DNA from: Curvularia clavata
Lineage: Eukaryota
DNA: 64,000 nt
Assembly (NCBI GenBank): GCA_023920165.1
Contig: CP089275.1
Coordinates: 1 to 64,000 of the forward strand
Reading direction: 5' to 3'
The translations under genes were made by a program, and so were the position numbers. Of the stretch, positions 23,477 through 35,456 are shown in pieces (position 1 is the first letter of the stretch; every line of letters begins with the position of its first letter). The notes beneath the pieces are model-generated. The model was not told the DNA's origin. It saw nothing but the letters and a program-made list of their open reading frames with translations, and ran no database searches.

Positions 23477-26400
23477 TGTTAAGAGTATGATCTCGAGTGG
23501 AAGTAATATAAGACTTCTGGTGTCAAGATCTTCTTGGGTTAGTTTTCGCGGATGAAGCAATAGTGTGTTATGAATGGAGTTCTATAGTAACTATTGTATT
23601 GTAGGTACTATACTCGTAATTTAAGTTGAATATAATGAGCTATAAGGGCTTATTGCTTATTCTTACATATATAATTGTGGTTTTATATGTTCTGTATTGT
23701 TTGATGTTGTTCTGTTCGTGGTACTTCGTGGAACCTGTGGCACTACGTGGAACATACGTGACTCTTGTTCTATGGTGGCGTTCCGCTAAGACGTGTGGAA
23801 CATACGTTATTAGATTATGTATACAGCTAGTATTAAGGTTTTAGGGAATTAGAGTTTCGCTGTTCTTTTACTTATCTTTTACTTAGTCTTAATTCTTAGG
23901 TTTGTAATACTATTCTCTTCTTTTCTATTTTATATCCTTATAAACTAGTGTACTAATAGTTTCTAGAACCACCGCCTATTATTATTCTATTAGGGACCGT
24001 ATTGATTAAATCGGCGTCGTTGTAATAGTGTCCTGTTAATATTGCGCGAGGAAAGGCTTAGAGTGTTAGATATCGTTGTTAAAGAAAGAGTGTAGTAATT
24101 ATTATTGTAATAGTATAAAGTCGTACGTTTCTATCGAAGTTCTGATTCCGAATTTCAAAAAACTAGATAAGGAGCTAGCACGTTTAGAGCAATAAGAGGC
24201 CGACGCAGACGCGGCAGAGTTAGCGGCTCTTGAGACTTTGCTGGTAGCTTGTGCGAAGAAAGATCGTCTTTATAAATAAAGGAAAATTCTAAAGCGTCGC
24301 GAGTAGTAGTAGGTAGATGAGTTAGGGAAACATATTAAGGATCTCGAAATGTTAGAGACTATAGAGTGGGCGAATTAGAAGGTTTCTACCTTAGAAGATA
24401 GTCTAATATCTAGTACTTCGGCTCTTAATTAGAGTATTTTCATACCTACTTTCTTAGAGGGTAATTCTAGTTTTGCTAAAGCTATTAGTAATATCGCGCC
24501 AGTTTCTAGTAGTAATTTATAAGATTTATTTTTAGTTCTTATATATTCTCGCTGTCTAGGTACTCTAACTATTTAATTAAATACTTGGTTCCTTTATATA
24601 TTATTTAATATACTAGGATTTTCTTAATATTAAATTCGTCTTCTTTTTCTAATTTAAAATAAAATATTTTTTATAATAGCGTTTTAGAGTCTATAGGTTT
24701 TAATAACTTAATATAGAACTTTAGATATATCTTTATATCTAGTAGTAGATTAAGTATATAAATAACTAGTCTATTCTAGACTTTAATTAAAAATAGCCCA
24801 ATATAGATATTATCTAATCTCTTACTTAGTTATATTATACAAAAGTTCTTTATAAGTAGATATACTTTATCCCTCTTCTTTAACTAAAATACTATTTTTC
24901 TTTTTTAGTTAATATATAAAATGCTTTAGCGCTAAGTCTTTTTAAATAATTCTCGCAATTCTTTATGTATTTTCTTTATTTCTTTAGCTATAGCAATAGC
25001 TACTTCTATTTTTAAATTTAGTAACGTTCTAGTAAAGAGATTCGGGTATCTTCTATAGTTTGCGTAAAATAGTATTTATTTCGTTAGTTCTAATAATTTA
25101 TTATTATATACTAGTTATACTATAAGTAGTAATTATATCTAATTATTTTACTAATAGTTAGCATATATTTATAGATATATTTTTATTATATAGTTTGTCC
25201 TTTCTATTTATCTATTAGTTTTAGGGTAGTATACTATAGATAGTTTTCACTTAATACCTATTTCTATTTAGAGTGTAGTCTAGAAGTTAGATATAAAAAG
25301 CTTATCTCTATTACTAATAATTAATTTTAGTATTCTATATTATCTAATAATAACGTCTAGAAAGATATATACTAGTTTAACTATATTATAGTCTTTTCTA
25401 AATTTCCTAAATTCTATATATTTCATAAATCTATTAGTAATAACTAGTATCACATTATAGATTGCACTAGTAATAAGGTCTATTAATAGTGGTAATCCCA
25501 TAATAAAGTCTATAGAGATGTCTGCCTAAAGGGTGTTTAGCAGTTCTAGTACTTACATTTCTCTATATAGTGCGTGTGTGCTATATTTATTCTTCTAATA
25601 GTATTCGCATTTAACAATAAAAGCTGCGACCTTTTCTTTCATTTTACTAAATTTAAAGTTTCTTTAAATTAGTTCTATTATTCTAGCAATCCCAGAATAT
25701 CTATATACAGGGTCGTCGTAATATTACTAAATAATTACTTCCTACTAGTCTTTAGATATGTTATTTCTAATTGTTATAAGTAGATTAAGCTTATATACTA
25801 GATTTAGTATTCTATCCTTATTTATCTATAGTATTAGTTAGTCTATAATAGTTTTTATTTCTATAATGTCTAGCCTTCTACTAAGAGCGTCTGCTCTACT
25901 GTTATCTTTTTCTAATATGTATACGATCTTAAATTTATATTACCTAAGCAATTCAGCCTATTGGGTCTATTAGTAGTTAAGAACTTTAGTAGTAGTAAAA
26001 TAGGTTAAGTTCTTATAATCTATATATATAGTAAGTTCTAAGCAGCTATATATATAGACTCTCTAGTATTATATATAGGCTACTATAGCTAGTAGTTCTT
26101 TGTTATATATGTTGTATCATTCTTCTGGTCCTAAGAGCTTTCTTAAGTAGTATGCTATTGGGTGCTATTTACCATCGATATAGATACTGGCGCATCCTTC
26201 TAGGGCTAGGTCCAATATATCAGTTTTAAATTTTAGTGGTACTTCTAGAATAAATATCCTGAAGTATAGTAGTATAGTGCATACTTTCTTAATTATCTTA
26301 AAAACGTTATCTACCTTTTTATCCTAATTCTATAGAGTATCTTTTCTCGTAAACTATATTATTAGTGTTACGATCTTCGAATAATTTTTAATAAATTTTT

Positions 26401-29400
26401 AGTTAAAATTCGTAAATCCTAAGAATAACTAAATATCTATAACTAATTTTAGTATTAGCTAATTCTTAATAATCTTAATTTTTTCTTCGCTTATTTGTAC
26501 TCCGTTGGTCCCTACTACGTAGCCTAAGAAGTTGACCTTGGTCTTATGAAATTCACACTTCTTCAGCTTAAGTCGAAGACTATACTCATCTAGAGCTTTT
26601 AACACTTTTCTAACGTATTTAGTATATTATTCTTCGTCCTTAGAGTAGATTAGGATGTTATCTAAGTAGGCGATAATAAATATATCTAGATAGGGTCTAA
26701 ATATATTATTAATAAGTTCTTGAAATATAGCTGGGGCGTTTATTAGTCTAAACGGCATAACTATATATTCGTAGTGTCCATATTATATTTGGAAAGCCGT
26801 TTTCTATTCTTTACCTTTCTTAATTCTAATAAGATAGTATCTATCTTATAGATCTAATACTATAAAGATCTCTACTTAAGATAGTCAATCTCTAAGTTCT
26901 CTAATATTTAGTAGTGGGTATCAATTCTTAACTATAATATTGTTAAGTTATCTGTAGTTAACACATAGTCAATCTATTCTATCCTTCTTTAGTATAAATA
27001 TAATAAGATATTCTGCTAGAGATTTTAATAGTTATATATAGCCTTTTACTAGTAACTTATCTATATACTCTCGTAGTACTATAAGTTCTTATTCTAATAG
27101 TTAGTAAATTAGACTGAAAATTAGTTACTTTCTTTTCTATAGGACTATTTTATAGTCCTAAAGTTAATGCTTTAGTAATGCTTATTTATCTACCACTTCC
27201 TAAAATAGATACTTAAATTCTCTATATTATTTAGGGATTTCTAGAGTTGCGCCCTTCTTCTTTCCTCTAGCTTTATAGTCCGCTAGCCTAGTTTTAGTAT
27301 CTGCTAAGTTTAGCTTCCTACTCTGAGAACTATCTTTTAAATACGCTTATTTCTCTGCGTTATTACACTATTTAGTAATATTACTCTTATCTACTATTAA
27401 ACTCTACTAATACGTAGGCTGGCTTACGGTTACGTCTAGTCTGCAGCACTCGAATTTAAACACTTTCGACTTCTAGTCAATCTGCGGATTATGTTCTTAT
27501 AGCTATAAAAGTTTTAAAATAATATTATAGATAGCTAATCTAAGGATATCTAGATCTATTTTCTTCTTATACTCTTAGATGCTAAGTATCACTTATCTAA
27601 CTTTATCTATAATTCTATTTCCTTTAGGCATTGGTTCGCCGCTGGCGATATATAGTAGGTATAGCTTTTGTTTCTGCTATATTTTAAGTCTAGCTCGTTA
27701 TACTACGTGCGCTAAAACGTAGTTTGCCTAGAATCCTAAATCCACTAATGCCTACATCTATATTCCATTAAGCTTCACTGTAAGCTTAATTAATCCTAGG
27801 GAGTTTACTAAGTTAATTTCTTTAGAAGGGCTCTACTTTTATAGCGCTAGCCTAAAAAAGTCTATAACTCTTTTATAAATCTATTATAGAGTTTCTCTAC
27901 TTCATATTTCTCACATTCATCTGAGAGATAAGTGTGCCATAAAAGTTAGTTGTATGCTTATTATACGTTGCTCTTGCTTCAAGTAACACAGATAGTTTAC
28001 ATATCCACTACTTCTCTTAGACTATCTCTTCCAGAGAAGTATATCGCGGTGCGCTTATTCTATAGGTGCCTCACACATCCTACATTAGTACACTCTAACC
28101 ATATCCAGCTACATTTAGGGTATCCGGGAACACTAGTTAGGTTCTAGTCGGATCCTTACTTAGCTTGCCAATATATTAGGCAGAAGTTATAGATACAACC
28201 TATCTAGTAGATCCACGCGTGCTTATAGTTATTTACGTAATACTAATAAGAACTTAGTTAGTACTAATTATCGCGTGTCCAGTCAGCTTATACCTTTTTA
28301 GCCTATTAAGATATTATTATAGAGTTTTTCTTATCTTCAGAGAACTCTGTATTTCCTTATAGTCATTAGATATTAGCCGTAATATACATATAGTCTGGTA
28401 GTTTCTAATTGGTCATAATAGAAAAGAAGTCAATATCTAATCTGAGATTCTACATATCTTTATACATATAAAGAAGTACGTTAGGCTTGTTATAATCATA
28501 CTTATAAAGGGGTTAACTTAAGAGTTATCGTAGTATATTAGTCTATAGTTCTATATATTTCAGATTATCCCTTGTATGTAGAATTTCTAGTAAAGCGCTA
28601 TTATGGCGCGGAGTAGCTAGTTAGTATTTCTTCTTAAATTTAGCTATCTTCTTATATTTAGTCTTGTGCGTAGAAGTTTCTTCTTTCTCACTAGGTGTTT
28701 CGTACCCTTTGTCGCTGCTTAGTTTAGCTTTAGTAGTGTCTTTGGATGTAGTAAGCATAACATTCTCTAGTCTGCTAATGAGTCCCTTATCGTCCAGGTG
28801 ATATTAGATCTTAGCTAGGGTGATAACGTTCTATCTTTTATTGTTATCTAATTCTAATTTCCTGCGTAGTACGTTGAGTTGTCGTTTGACCTTATTAGTG
28901 TCTTTACTTCAACAGTCTCGTGCCATATGGCCTTCCTTGCCACAGGCGTAGCAGTTAAACTTCTTCTTACCCTTAGATGGTTCTTTATTAAACTTGCTAG
29001 GCCTATTGCCTTTATTAATATTATTAAGGTGTATTGGTTCCGCACTATATCTATGATAGGCTTCTAGAGTCCTAGGCGCGTAGTTTTACTATCGACCTTT
29101 ATTCGGGTGAGTACATTAATAGCTATACTTCTTAGGTTGTTTATTTGTATATCTCTAGCTGTGCGTTCTCTTGCTAAATAGTCGTTCTTCTAATAAGAGT
29201 TTGTAGAGTTCATTATCTAGTCGAATAGATTCTTCAATAAGTTCTTCTAGTATACTAATACTAGCTCTACTTTGTATAAGTTCCTTATATACAGTAGGTT
29301 TGAGACCTTGCTTATATATACGCATAAGGGCATTATTATCCTATTCTATAACTATAGCGTACTGCTGAAACAGTGTAGTATAGTTAGCAGCGGACTGCGT

Positions 29401-30147
29401 CTAGCGAAGTTCCTGGATTTTTTATTCTATAATAACTAATTTTTTAAATAGTAAGAAGTTCTGTCGCATTTTGGTTTTAAAGGCGTCCTAGTCCTCGACT
29501 AGGGCTATATTATTAGCATTCTAGACGGAGTTATCTATATAGCGTTTAATAATAGGGTTAGCCTACTTCTTAGTATTACTACGAAGGTATAAGGTGGCCA
29601 CAATAACCTTATTAGTATTATTAATCTTGTCTCCTTTAAGATAGAAGTGTTAGTTAATCTAGAGGAGCTAAGCCTTAAGCTTCTTATATTCTCTATAATA
29701 TAAGTCAGGCTTATATCTATAAATAGTAGATCTTCTAGTCTAGGAAGCGTTAGGAGTATTCATAGCAATATCGCTCATCGTAAGAGTATTTAAAATATTA
29801 AAAGTATAATCTTAAGTAGAAATAATATAAGACTTCTAGTATTAAGATCTTCTTAAATTAGTTTTTGTAGATAAAGCAATAGTGTGTTATAAACAAAGAT
29901 TCTATAGTAACTATTATATTATAGGTACTGTACTCGTAACTTAAGTTGAACACATTAAGCTATAAAGGCTCAATATCTATTACTATATACTAAGTGAGTA
30001 TTCTATATCCTAAACTATCCTATAATATTTCGCGTTATCCTATACGTAAGACATCATAGGATTGTATAGAATTCTATAGAACACACGTAATATATCCTAT
30101 AGTAGCGTTCTACTAAGCATATAGGACGTATAATTACTCATACGTCA
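23477..30147 (-). mobile_element. RIP-degraded Ty3/Gypsy chromovirus-type LTR retrotransposon
   Basis: LTR-like ends at about 23477-23809 and 29796-30147. Gag knuckle CYACGKEGHMARDC (~28912-28955). RT motifs [11 protein letters not shown] (~26640-26675) and [10 protein letters not shown]. RNase H motif KELLAIV, integrase motif ISIDFIMGLP, and a chromodomain remnant KYLIK*L.Y.DSEN (~24530-24650). Confidence 0.93.
23956..24520 (+). pseudogene. Antisense ORF remnant inside the Gypsy element: Zn2Cys6-like motif plus coiled coil
   Basis: One frame reads SC*YCARKGLEC*ISLLKKECSNYYCNSIKSY...FKKLDKELARLEQ*EADADAAELAALETLLVA. The stops and the two Y residues are explained by RIP. Boundaries are approximate. 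Confidence 0.7.
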
Positions 30148-30232
30148 TTAGCTAGTAATATGGTTCTCTTTCAAAGAGGTCCCGACATGGGCTTCATCCT
30201 TCTTTCTTCCCATATCTTGCGCTGTTCCCCTC

Positions 30233-30429
30233 TGTTAGGTTCGTAACACTTGGTCCAATTCCCTCCTTCTTTACGCTAGCTAGTCAGCTAGGGCTTACCT
30301 AAGGCTATAAAGCCATGACAATCGCTAGAGGGACTCGATAGCGATTCGTCTCGTGAATATACGGCTGTTAAAGCATAGTTCTCTCTCATCTATCTCGTGC
30401 TGTACCATCTCCATCCTAACAGTCTAACA
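30233..30429 (+). repeat. LTR-like repeat
   Basis: TGTTAG...CTAACA, homologous to about 20356-20537. No matching TSD seen. Confidence 0.7.
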
Positions 30430-30700
30430 CTAAGTATCTATATATACTTCTACTATATAATCTTACCTCTTGCATAAGAGGTATAAAAGGAGCTATATAG
30501 ATAGATCTTCTTTCTCTTAATTTTTCTTTTATATAATAGACAAATGCATACTCGTTAGCTAGACCTCTCCGCCCATAATATCTACGTTAGCAGGAATATA
30601 CTTATCTAGCCTCAGTCTAGGTTAGGGCGAAACCAACATCTACGAAATTGTTAAGAGTAAGGACTTTGAGTAGAAGTAATATAAGACTTCTAGTGTTAAG

Positions 30701-31186
30701 TGTCAGGCGCTACGCTGACTATATATACTATCCTGTGCAGAGCATCAGCAGAACGCTAATTACTCGTACCTTTTTAGTTGTAGTAGCCCAGTGGCACAGG
30801 GCTAAGCTTCTGACATAGTAATCAGCGTTCTGCTAGAGCTTCTATTAAGCGCTGGATCTACTAGATCTACTAGGTGCTAGAGATACTAGAGGTGCTGGGT
30901 TCAATTCCAGCTCTAGTTACAGCATAGCTAGTCTATTTTAGAGAACTAAAGAATAGCTAGAGTAACTCTAGTACTCTATAAGTTACTAGGAGGTCTAGTA
31001 TATAGAGTATCTCTAGAGAGCGCTCTATAGTAATTAGCCTAGAGGCTAGGCCCTAGAAAAGGAGGGGATAATATTAGGCGCTGCGCTGACTATATATACT
31101 ATCCTGTGCAGAGCATCAGCAGAACGCTGATTACTCGTACCTTTTTGGTTGCAGTGGCCCAGTGGCATAGGGCTGAGCTTCTTACA
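30701..31186 (+). mobile_element. TRIM (terminal-repeat retrotransposon in miniature), 486 bp
   Basis: 115-bp direct repeats at 30701-30815 and 31072-31186 (TG...CA, RIP-altered). Perfect TTAAG TSD. PPT AAAAGGAGGGG before the 3' repeat. Internal region of about 256 bp with no intact ORF. Confidence 0.9.
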
Positions 31187-31222
31187 TTAAGGCTCTAGAG
31201 GTTAGTTTTTATAGATAAAGTA

Positions 31223-33127
31223 CAGTGGGGTGACACGAAAAAAGATCACAAGGAAAAATAGCATTTTTCACTAGGCTATATCTTAGCTAATAAAATAGCT
31301 AAAAATATAAAAGCTTAAGATTTGTATAGAGAATTACCAGCTCTTCTAGTCTATAATCTAAAAAAAAGTTTAGTAAGTAAATAGCTCTTATAAAACAAAG
31401 CTAAACTAGTGAGAAAAAAAAACGTCAACTTTACACGTATTTTTCGCGCTGAGATCTTGCAATTTATATAGCTATCTATATATAGATATATACTATTAGT
31501 ATATATATATAATATATATTTTTTATAGCTATAGTTATTTATCTAAATTAGAAGATATATATATAACTTACATTTTAGTAAATATATAAGATAATAATAG
31601 TAAATTACTATCTAATATTTTGTATACCAGCCCTTAGCTTCCACTACTCTATTATAGCGTTTGGGCATAGATAAAATACAGCTATCTATGTCTTTTTGTG
31701 GTATTTTATGCCACTCTTGCTGAATAGCTGTAATAAACGTATTTATACTAGTCTCACTAGCGCCAGTGCCAAGACTAGAGCTTGGCAGCTTAGTAAGCCG
31801 ATTTTTAAGTAAGCTCTATACGTTTTCTATTGGATTTAGATCTGGGCTATACGCTGGATGGTCGAAAAGTGTAATCTTATGGCGCTTAAACCAGTCTAAA
31901 ACGTTTCTAGCTTTGTGGATTGTTGCGTTATCTTGTTGGAATTTCCAGCCTAAATAGATATAGATTAGCTAACTATAACTGTATAGTTAGACTTATATAT
32001 ATATATTTATATATTTAGATATATATATATATATATAAGTAAAAATATATAGCAGAACTTACCGCGTTTTATATTCGGTTTTATATATGGTATTAGACAT
32101 TTTCTAATATAGTGGTGATTTCGATGTTTTACTACGCTATTTGGCGTCTTAATAACCACTAGATTGGATCTGCCACCTATCCAAATAGCTCCCCAAACTT
32201 GGATAGTTATATCATGGGCTAAAAATTGACTTAGTCAGCTAGATATATAAAATATAAGATATATATATAGTTATATATATATAACTATATTTTGGCTTAT
32301 TAGAAATATTTTTTGTTGAAGTAATGGGTGACTGCTAGTACTACTAGTAGTAGACTTAGACAGCCTGATCGAGAGACTCTAGATAGACGAGAGATTGCTA
32401 GGGGAGAGAGTTGATGGACACGATTGACTTTGTATAAACTGCTCTGGTTTCTATCTACTAGCTATTCTACTACTATATATATTGGCTGGAGTAGATTCTA
32501 GAAGAATCTATCTAGTAGTAGCTTGCGTAATCTTTGGCGTCATAGACAGATGTCTATAGATCGATTATAGTCTTGACAGATCGACTATAGACTAAGTTGA
32601 TTCTGGGTATAGAAGTACGCACCCAGATACTGTAGATTAGCTGACTAGCTTAGATCTACAACAGCTCCATTGTGTGGGGAATACAGTTTTAAGTTGCTAG
32701 AAATGAAAAGCTATAGTTATATACTAGTTGATTACTAATAGCTGACTAAGCTAGTGCTTATGTAAGCTAGTGCCAAAATTTCAAATCTCATATAGCTATT
32801 TAACTAGATAGACAACTATAGCTTAAAGCTATATATATTATATATAAATACTAATAGTATATATCTATATATAGATAGCTATATAAAATAACAAATATCA
32901 GCGCGAAAAATACGTGCAAAGTTGACGTTTTTTTTTCTCTCTAGTTCAGCATTTCTTTCTAAGAGCTATATACTTACTAAGCTTCTTTTTAGATTATAGA
33001 CTAGAAGAGCTGGTAATTCTCTATACAAATCTCAAGCTTTTATATTTTTAGCTATTTTATTAGCTAAGATATAGCCTAGTGAAAAATGCTATTTTTCCTT
33101 GTGATCTTTTTTCGTGTCACCCCACTG
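31223..33127 (-). mobile_element. Tc1-like DD34E transposon with ~300-bp TIRs and introns, RIP-degraded
   Basis: Ends CAGTGGGGTGACACG..., TA TSD. Minus strand reads IQVWGAIW...KRG|WKFQQDNATIH...HPAYSPDLNPIENV...MPKR...AKGWYTKY*. Confidence 0.88.
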
Positions 33128-34603
33128 TAATAGTGTATTATAAATAGTTCTATAAGTAACTTGTATATTATACTTATACTTATAACTTAAGTTAAATATA
33201 TTAAGTTATAAAGGTTTAATATCTATTACTATATACTAAGATATTATAGAGAGTACTCTATTACTCTATTATACCAAGCTTTATAGATTATATAGTATAT
33301 TACGTAACTATTATATAGTATAGCTATAGAATTGCGGCGTAGCTGCCTATACGTGTGAATCCTCCAAACTGCTTACTGGCTCGTGCGTGTCATGGTTTTC
33401 CAGGGTCGTAATAGAAATATACCGTAAGATAGTTATCTAGCGATTTAGATAGAATATAGATATAACTAAATTAGATAAACTAATTCTATTATAGAATATA
33501 GTAACTAACTACTAATGTATATGAAAGAAGAATTTATAAGAGTTAACTACAAGAAATATAATAACAAAATCTAATCTATTTTTATACCTACTGCTTCTAG
33601 TTCTACTGTTAGAATATCTTTTACTATTACTAATAGTCTTACTATCTATAATAGCTATCCCTTATATACTAGGTCTGCCATTACTGATAGCACTTCTTAG
33701 CGTAATAGCAGATTATGTAACCTGCCCCGTAGAGGCTCTTATCTTTTAACGTAGTCGCCCGATAGTCTATACCATGCAATCTGCATCAAGGAGGGATCTT
33801 TTGTTGTTACCTGTAACATTGAGTATATTTGTATTCAGCTAGAATGACTAAACGCTAGTGACATATTGCTAATCAAGCTGGCCCAGCACTGTTATACGTG
33901 TGGCTGTAACGGATGCACTCTAAGATAGTAGTTGTATTTGACAATGTTAAAGCTATCGACTAGACTACATAGGCTGTTGGGGTTATGGTGTTCATGGGAG
34001 CTTGGTTAGTCGAGCCTAGCTAACCGAGATGTCACGTGACGACAGGTCAACGTAACCACCCGGCGCAGCCGATGGGTGGGCACCCGGCTGCATCCGTAAT
34101 AACGGCCTGGCTGTGCTGAACCTGCATATTAGCTGAGGTACTGCTAGTAGCCAGTAGCTTCTTTTTACGCATCTCCTGTCTGTTAGAGCCAAGCATGTAA
34201 TCTATGCTCAATGCTTGGCTCTAATCTAGATACCTCCTGACATTTCTCGTACCCTTACCCTTATTTTGGCTTCTTACTTCAGCTTCTCGACGTTTAACCT
34301 CTTATTGGTCTTTAGCTTATGTTAGATCCTGCTACAGATTTAAGTGTACCATACTTTATGAAGAGATAGAAGCCAATGAAGCCTAGAATAGTAGTGCGGC
34401 TGAGCTGGGGCACAAACACCCTGAGTTCAGCTTTGCTGCGTTATCTAAGTCAGTGGCAAACTGATTGCTGTGCACTGTTTTATAGTTAGTTCCACTATGA
34501 ATTGGTATTTAATGGCTTTGAACATTGCTTCCTTTACTACTTTCGGTACCTTCCTCAGCACCTTCATTTTCCACAATTCACGCAACATAGATCAACCTTC
34601 TAT

Positions 34604-35456
34604 ATGTCTTCTCACATACTACAATTATCATGCTTCCTAAATTCACTTTCGATTGTTGTTTTCATAATCATAAAGTCCGCCTATAGCGCGACTTGCCAGC
34701 CGGGCGGCTACGCGCTCCGTACACCAGAAATTTCATGTCCAGCTGGCACCCAAGCCTGCTCAAAGGGAGTACAGACGAGATGCTGCCCATCAAACACAAC
34801 ATGTTTAGATCTCGACAGCGCGTTTTGCTGTGAAGGAAATAAGAACTGCATAGCTTCACTTGCAGAGTCCCCACGTGTATGTCCATCTGTCCTAGACATC
34901 ATATTAATCAATCGCTAACATCAAATTTCTTTGGAAGTGTCCAATAGCCGACTGGTCGCTCTGGAGCAAAACCACCACCATTGACCCCAACAACATGTGG
35001 TGTTGTGAGCCAGGCTTGTTTGGGCTACTCACGCCGATTGAAGGGGACCAAATGGGTCTCAAATGTAAGACATATGGGGAGTTACTAGACCAGGATGAAG
35101 TTACGGCAATAAGTATACCGACTGTTTCTTGTAACAATGATAAGTCCCTTTCTACGGGCAAACCCGATGCTTTATCTATAGGAGCGATTGTAGGTATCAC
35201 TGCTGGGGCTTTGATAGGCATTATTATTTTTGTTATTGGGGGATTACTTCTTTGCAGGAAAAATAGGAAAAATAACGTGAGAAACCAGACGGACGCTCTG
35301 AGAGGGATTCAAGACGTAGTGGTAGCGCAGATTGATGGTCATGAGATACCACAGTACAAACATATTCGCGAAGCTCAGGATGGTAGAAACAGCGATAACT
35401 GGTTAGACGGCAATGCTGTTCATGAGCTAGGAGCAGGACAAATGCAGGAAGAATAA
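34604..35456 (+). CDS. Cys-rich type I single-pass membrane protein (Mid2-like transmembrane region)
   Basis: Hydrophobic N-terminus, CP/CC-rich ectodomain, TM segment LSIGAIVGITAGALIGIIIFVIGGLLL followed by RKNRK. Intron at about 34878-34937. Confidence 0.78.

Larger units (their letters stand above)
30649..33328. repeat. Solo LTR of the 23477 Gypsy family, interrupted by a TRIM and a Tc1 element
   Basis: Begins TGTTAAGAGTA like 23477. Removing both inserts restores a sequence colinear with 29796-30000. Right end approximate. Confidence 0.75.

Noticed and set aside
30860..30930. tRNA gene
   Set aside because: Only a T-arm/B-box-like motif is present; no cloverleaf can be folded.
33905..34336. 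Possible solo LTR containing a 14-bp inverted repeat (34183-34224)
   Set aside because: TG...CA ends but no TSD and no second copy in the window.
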